The translations under genes were made by a program, and so were the position numbers. Positions 59,550 through 64,000 of a stretch of DNA of 64,000 nt are shown here, one piece after another. Source of the DNA: Candidatus Saccharicenans sp. (GTDB lineage Bacteria > Acidobacteriota > Aminicenantia > Aminicenantales > Saccharicenantaceae); the NCBI GenBank assembly GCA_035416665.1, contig DAOLNQ010000007.1:17063-81062 (forward strand), in the 5' to 3' direction. The notes under the pieces were generated by a model, which saw only the letters and a program-made list of their open reading frames with translations, ran no database searches and was not told the origin of the DNA. How positions within the stretch are numbered: position 1 is the stretch's first letter; every line of letters begins with the position of its first letter.

Positions 59550-60347
59550 ATGGGCAAAAAGATAATTGCGCTTTTGACTGATTTTGGACTTAAAGATTAT
59601 TTTGTCGCTTCTCTTAAAGGGGTTATTTTGTCCATCAATCCTGAAGTCAGTCTGGTGGATATAACTCATGATCTTCCTGATTACGGTCTGCCGGCGGCAG
59701 CTTTTGTACTGCAGGCCTGTTACCGTTTTTTCCCTGCTGGCACCATTTTTTTGACAGTGGTTGATCCTGGGGTTGGCAGCGAGAGGCACCTGCTGCTGGC
59801 TAGAAGCGAACGCTATTATTTCATTGCTCCTGACAACGGGCTTTTATCGCCAATTATTGATGCTGAAAAAGCTGAGGTGATGGAAATAACCGGCGAGAAT
59901 TATTTTCTTACCACCAGAAAGACAAGTTTCGAAGGCCGGGATAAAATGGCACCGGTCGCTGCCTGGTTAAGTCTGGGAATAGATCTGTCAGAGCTGGTCA
60001 GACCGGCTAAATCGTGGGAAAGGCTAAACTGGCCGGAGCCGCAGACGAGCGAGCGGGAAATCAGGGGGAACATTATCTATCAGGATAAATTTGGCAATCT
60101 TATTACCAATATCCCGCAGCACTTAATTGCCAGTTTTCTTAATTCCAACCACGGCTCAAGCCTGGTTCTTCTGGCCGGTCGGAAAAGAATTGCCGAGATG
60201 GCAGCGACTTATTCTCAGGCGCCACGAAATAAGCCTTTTTTTATGATTAACAGTCTCGGTCTTCTGGAAATTGCCGTTTATGAGAATTCAGCGGCCAGCC
60301 TGCTGGGACTCAATCCGGGCGATAATGTTGTTCTTAAGATTGAATGA
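59550..60347 (+). CDS. SAM hydroxide adenosyltransferase family protein (DUF62; fluorinase/chlorinase-like fold).
   Basis: IALLTDFGLKDYFV...VVDPGVGS...APDNGLL signature. Confidence 0.8.
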   Translation: MGKKIIALLTDFGLKDYFVASLKGVILSINPEVSLVDITHDLPDYGLPAAAFVLQACYRFFPAGTIFLTVVDPGVGSERHLLLARSERYYFIAPDNGLLSPIIDAEKAEVMEITGENYFLTTRKTSFEGRDKMAPVAAWLSLGIDLSELVRPAKSWERLNWPEPQTSEREIRGNIIYQDKFGNLITNIPQHLIASFLNSNHGSSLVLLAGRKRIAEMAATYSQAPRNKPFFMINSLGLLEIAVYENSAASLLGLNPGDNVVLKIE

Positions 60348-60392
60348 ACGGCGGGCAATAGCGGGTGACGGAGGCCGCGTTCAGGACGAGCC

Positions 60393-62576
60393 ATGGAACA
60401 GCTGGAAGGAACAATCGAACAGGTCGTTTATTATAACCCGGACAATGGTTATTCTGTTTTCAAGCTGGGGACAGAAACGGGTGAAGTCACCGTAGTCGGC
60501 ATTTTCCCGCCGCTATCTCCGGGTGAGCATCTAAAGCTCACCGGTCATTTTGAAGTCAATCAAAAATTCGGCCGGCAGTTCCAGATGGAAGCCTTCAGTC
60601 TGGCTTTACCTCACTCGACCACAGGGCTCGAGAAATTCCTGGCTTCCGGGCTGATCAGGGGGATCGGGCCGGTTCTGGCCAAAAGAATTATCAAAAAGTT
60701 TGGTGTGGACACAGCCAGAATTCTGGATGAACAACCGGAAAAATTAACAACTGTGCCCGGCATTGGCCAGAAAAAACTGGCTGAGATCCTTCTCTCCTGG
60801 CAGGAACACCGGGAAATAAAAGATCTGATTATATTTCTTCAGGAACATGGAATTTCCACTACCATGGCTTATAAAATTTACCGCACCTATCGTGCTTCCT
60901 CTTTTGATGTTCTGAAAAGGAATCCTTATCAGCTCTGCCTTGATATCTGGGGAATCGGCTTTAAAACAGCTGATCAGATTGCCCTCAAGCTTGGGCTACC
61001 AGAAGACTCCCTGGACAGGGTCAAGGCTTTTGTCCTCTACCTTTTAGAAAAGGACAATGATGACGGCCATGTCTATTCCGAGCAGGCAGAAGTGGTCAGA
61101 AAATGCCAGGAAGAACTGGGAGCTGAGACCGGACGGGTGGAGGCTGCTCTGGCTGCTCTGGTCAAAGACGGATCGATCATAGCCAAAGAAACACCTGCTG
61201 GCATTCATCTTTACCGGCCTTTTTTCTACCAGGCAGAAGAAGAAGTTGCCAGGCGAATCATCAGCCTGACCGGGCGCGACTGTCCACCGCCCGATTTTGA
61301 TCTTGACCGGAAAATCGAGGAGATAGAAAAAAAGTCTGGCCTGGTTTTTTCAGCCCTGCAGAAAAAAGCAATCAAAAGCAGCTTGCAAAAAAGGATTCTC
61401 ATCATCACCGGTGGTCCGGGTACCGGCAAAACCACCATTATTAGAGCCGTGGTTGATATTTTTGAGAGCTGGCCGAAAAAGGTTCTGCTGGCTGCTCCAA
61501 CCGGTCGGGCGGCTAAAAGGCTGGCTGAGGCTACTGGCCGGGAAGCTAAAACAATTCACCGCCTGCTTGAGTATCAGCCGCATGATGGCCGGTTTAAAAG
61601 AGGTCCTGGCCATCCGCTGCGGGCCGAAGCTCTCATTGTTGATGAAGTTTCAATGGTTGATTTACCTTTAATGTATCACTTATTGCAGGCTCTGCCGCCT
61701 GAGATGAGGTTAATCCTGGTTGGTGACCAGGATCAGTTGCCGCCAGTTGGCCCCGGTCATCTCCTGAGAGATTTGATCAGCTCCGGGGCCATTGAAGTGA
61801 TCAGATTGAATGAAATCTTCCGTCAGGCCAAAGAAAGTTTGATTGTGGTCAACGCTCACCGGGTAAACCAGGGCCAGCCCATCATATATCCTCCTCATGG
61901 AGATCCCGACTCTGACTTTTATTTCATTCACCAGGAAAATGAAGAAAGGGTCCTCAACTTGATTTTAAAACTGTGCCGTTTCAGCCTGCCCCGAAAACTC
62001 GGTCTGAGCCCGCTCTCCACCCAGATTCAGGTCATCAGTCCGATGTATCGGGGACTGGCCGGAGTTGATCATCTCAATGTTGAACTGCAGCAGGCCCTCA
62101 ATCCCGGTTCAGCTTCCTTCAAATTAGGCTCCAAAGAATTCAGAAGTGGCGATAAGGTTATGCAGACCAGGAACAATTATGAGAAGGAAGTCTTTAACGG
62201 TGATCTCGGCACCATTGTCCAGATTGATCCGAAAAAACTGAGCCTGCTGGTTGACTTTGATGGACGTCTTGTTTCTTATGAAAAAGACGAGCTATCTGAA
62301 ATTGTCCTGGCCTATGCTATTTCTGTCCATAAAGCTCAGGGTAATGAATACCAGGCGGTGGTCATGCCGCTTCTAACCCAGCATTATATTATGCTGCAGA
62401 GAAACCTTTTTTATACCGCTCTGACCAGAGCCAGAAAATTGAGTGTGATCATCGGCTCCTACCGGGCTCTTCATATTGCTATCAAAAATGACCGACCGGT
62501 CAACAGGAATTCTGACCTGAAAGATAATATTCAGAATTTGATGAAAAACCAGCTGCCAAATTTTCGTTTGTATTAA
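60393..62576 (+). CDS. recD2: RecD2-type SF1B ATP-dependent DNA helicase (RecD-like with N-terminal domains).
   Basis: ITGGPGTGKTT Walker A, DEVSMVD Walker B, and a C-terminal SH3-like/2B region. Confidence 0.9.
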   Translation: MEQLEGTIEQVVYYNPDNGYSVFKLGTETGEVTVVGIFPPLSPGEHLKLTGHFEVNQKFGRQFQMEAFSLALPHSTTGLEKFLASGLIRGIGPVLAKRIIKKFGVDTARILDEQPEKLTTVPGIGQKKLAEILLSWQEHREIKDLIIFLQEHGISTTMAYKIYRTYRASSFDVLKRNPYQLCLDIWGIGFKTADQIALKLGLPEDSLDRVKAFVLYLLEKDNDDGHVYSEQAEVVRKCQEELGAETGRVEAALAALVKDGSIIAKETPAGIHLYRPFFYQAEEEVARRIISLTGRDCPPPDFDLDRKIEEIEKKSGLVFSALQKKAIKSSLQKRILIITGGPGTGKTTIIRAVVDIFESWPKKVLLAAPTGRAAKRLAEATGREAKTIHRLLEYQPHDGRFKRGPGHPLRAEALIVDEVSMVDLPLMYHLLQALPPEMRLILVGDQDQLPPVGPGHLLRDLISSGAIEVIRLNEIFRQAKESLIVVNAHRVNQGQPIIYPPHGDPDSDFYFIHQENEERVLNLILKLCRFSLPRKLGLSPLSTQIQVISPMYRGLAGVDHLNVELQQALNPGSASFKLGSKEFRSGDKVMQTRNNYEKEVFNGDLGTIVQIDPKKLSLLVDFDGRLVSYEKDELSEIVLAYAISVHKAQGNEYQAVVMPLLTQHYIMLQRNLFYTALTRARKLSVIIGSYRALHIAIKNDRPVNRNSDLKDNIQNLMKNQLPNFRLY

Positions 62577-62630
62577 AAGCAGAGTCCATTATAATAGGTA
62601 ATTAAAGTAGGAAGGAAAGGAGAAAAAGGT

Positions 62631-62801
62631 ATGGGAAAATGGGAATGTACAGCTTGCGGTTATATTTATGATCCGGATGTCGGCGATCCCGAACATAATA
62701 TTCCGCCCGGCACCCCTTTTGAGTCTCTTCCTGATGACTGGGTTTGTCCCCAGTGCGGGGTAAGCAAAGAGTTTTTTCAAAAAATAGACTGAGCCTCTAA
62801 T
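62631..62801 (+). CDS. rd: Rubredoxin (56 aa as encoded). Absent from the ORF track. The C-terminus is likely altered by a G5 homopolymer.
   Basis: [15 protein letters not shown]...DDWVCPQCG, two CxxCG knuckles. AGGAGAAAAAGG RBS. Confidence 0.8.
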
Positions 62802-62840
62802 TCTGCTGCCGGACATCGCCGGCAAGATGGAGTGTAAAAT

Positions 62841-64000
62841 ATGAAAGCTATTATTCTAGGCAATGGTGTGGCCGGCACCATGACTGCCAGGACATTGAGA
62901 GAACTTGATTCATCAGCTGAAATAATGATCATCAGCCAGGAGAGATATCCCTACTATCCCCGTCCTAATCTTATTGATTTTCTGGCTGGCGATCTGCCTT
63001 TAGAGCGGATATTTGCCTTTCCAGCCGACTGGGCAGCAAAACAAAGAATAGAGGTCCAGCTGGGCAAGGAAGTGACGGGTCTTAATGCAGCCAGAATGGC
63101 GGTCGAAGTTGACCGAAACGAGTGGGCCCAGGGAGATAAGATCGTCCTGGCCACCGGGGCCAGTCCGCTTCTCCCGGGCATCCCCGGCATTGACCGAAAG
63201 GGCGTCTTCAGTCTAAGAACCCTGGAGGATGCGGTCTTACTTCTGGAGTTTCTAGCCAGGGGGCCGGAGGTGGTTATCCTGGGTGGCGGTCTGCTTGGTT
63301 TGGAAATAGCCCGGGCGATTCTTAAACGGGGCTTAAAACAGGTGACCGTAGTTGAGTATTTCAACCGGCTGCTGCCCAGGCAGCTGGATGAAATTGGAGC
63401 CAGGCTTCTTCAGAGTCAGCTGGAAAAGATGGGTTTGAGATTTCTTCTGGGAAAAGAAGCATTAGAAATTTCTGGCCAGGAGACGGTTAGCCAGGTCAAA
63501 TTTAAGGATGGCAGCTCACTTTCGGCCGGGGCCGTGGTCGTAGCCTCAGGCATCAAGCCCAGACTGGAGCTGGCTTCGACGGCCGGACTGGCTGTTAACC
63601 GGGGTATCCTGGTAGATGATTACCTGCAGACGAGCCAGCCAGGAATTTATGCAGCCGGGGATGTATCTGAACACCGGGGACGAATTTACGGGCTAATCCC
63701 AGCGGCCTTTGATCAGGCCAGGGTCGTGGCTTATAACCTGGCCGGGCAGATAAAAAAATATGAAGGCACCGTTCCAGCTAATACACTTAAAGTTGCCGGG
63801 ATTTTTCTCACTTCTGCCGGCCAGATTTTACCGGAAGGGGAAGGCTTTGAAGTTCTATCCAGACTGGATGAGGAACACGGAGTTTACAAAAAGCTTGTCC
63901 TTAAAGACGGCCAGCTGGTTGGTGCTATCTGGTTAGGCACTAAAAAGGGCAGTGTGGAAATCACCCGGCTGGTTCAGGCCAGGAAGAATCCGGGTCCATA
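62841..64000 (+). CDS. FAD-dependent pyridine-nucleotide-disulfide oxidoreductase, probably NADH:rubredoxin oxidoreductase. Partial: runs off the window end.
   Basis: MKAIILGNGVAGTMTA FAD GxGxxG and VVILGGGLLGLE NAD motifs. GGAG RBS. Located immediately after rubredoxin. Confidence 0.75.
   Translation, partial: MKAIILGNGVAGTMTARTLRELDSSAEIMIISQERYPYYPRPNLIDFLAGDLPLERIFAFPADWAAKQRIEVQLGKEVTGLNAARMAVEVDRNEWAQGDKIVLATGASPLLPGIPGIDRKGVFSLRTLEDAVLLLEFLARGPEVVILGGGLLGLEIARAILKRGLKQVTVVEYFNRLLPRQLDEIGARLLQSQLEKMGLRFLLGKEALEISGQETVSQVKFKDGSSLSAGAVVVASGIKPRLELASTAGLAVNRGILVDDYLQTSQPGIYAAGDVSEHRGRIYGLIPAAFDQARVVAYNLAGQIKKYEGTVPANTLKVAGIFLTSAGQILPEGEGFEVLSRLDEEHGVYKKLVLKDGQLVGAIWLGTKKGSVEITRLVQARKNPGP

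Noticed and set aside
62589-62825. 78-aa minus-strand ORF.
   Set aside because: It is antisense to the rubredoxin gene, which has an RBS and conserved CxxCG knuckles.

Overview
This is a gene-dense bacterial chromosomal segment of roughly 50% GC, probably from an anaerobe, and mostly housekeeping. The anaerobe guess rests on rubredoxin with its reductase, hypCDE, a NapH-like ferredoxin and an HD-GYP sensor; the lineage cannot be assigned from sequence alone. There are no CRISPR arrays, no integrases or transposases, and no rRNA genes. Three tRNAs are present: Arg-TCG (+), Leu-GAG (-) and His-GTG (-).

Conserved operons:
- Glycolysis: gap-pgk-tpiA-secG-tRNA-Leu (-).
- phoH-pgpH(7TM-HD)-ybeY-corC-era-tRNA-His (-).
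- Isoprenoid and envelope: uppS-cdsA-dxr-rseP-ispG (+).
- Secretion: tgt-yajC-secD-secF (-), followed by tonB-exbB-exbD (-).
- Hydrogenase maturation: hypC-hypD-hypE (-).
- Sulfate activation: sat, an alkaline-phosphatase-superfamily NPP-like gene, cysC and a 4-epimerase (+).
- Purine salvage: apt plus an AzgA-like permease.
- nnr-tsaE.
- A redox island: two aldo/keto reductases, an OYE flavin oxidoreductase and a NapH-like ferredoxin.
- Glycan-active secreted enzymes: a BNR sialidase-like protein, a GH3, and a GH27-like alpha-galactosidase with FN3 and NPCBM modules.
- lepB, a SAM hydroxide adenosyltransferase (DUF62), recD2, and a rubredoxin (missing from the ORF track) with a partial rubredoxin-reductase-like gene.

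The most unusual content:
- A minus-strand locus (385-4430) encodes a pseudo-receiver (Glu at the phospho-acceptor position), a single TM helix, a long Pro/Gln-rich linker and a TonB C-terminal domain in one protein. It sits with an M48 peptidase carrying tandem YfgJ-like zinc ribbons and a small coiled-coil protein. I do not recognise this as a characterised system.
- A ParB/Srx N-terminal-domain protein is paired with a spore-photoproduct-lyase-family radical SAM protein (49154-51216), expressed from an apparently leaderless consensus promoter.
- A type-I phosphodiesterase/NPP enzyme lies between sat and cysC.
- Perfect or near-perfect sigma70-like promoters place +1 on the start codon of uppS and of the ParB-like gene (leaderless mRNAs).
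- A G5 homopolymer changes the rubredoxin C-terminus.
- A G8 tract and a 15-nt tandem repeat sit inside canonical tonB.
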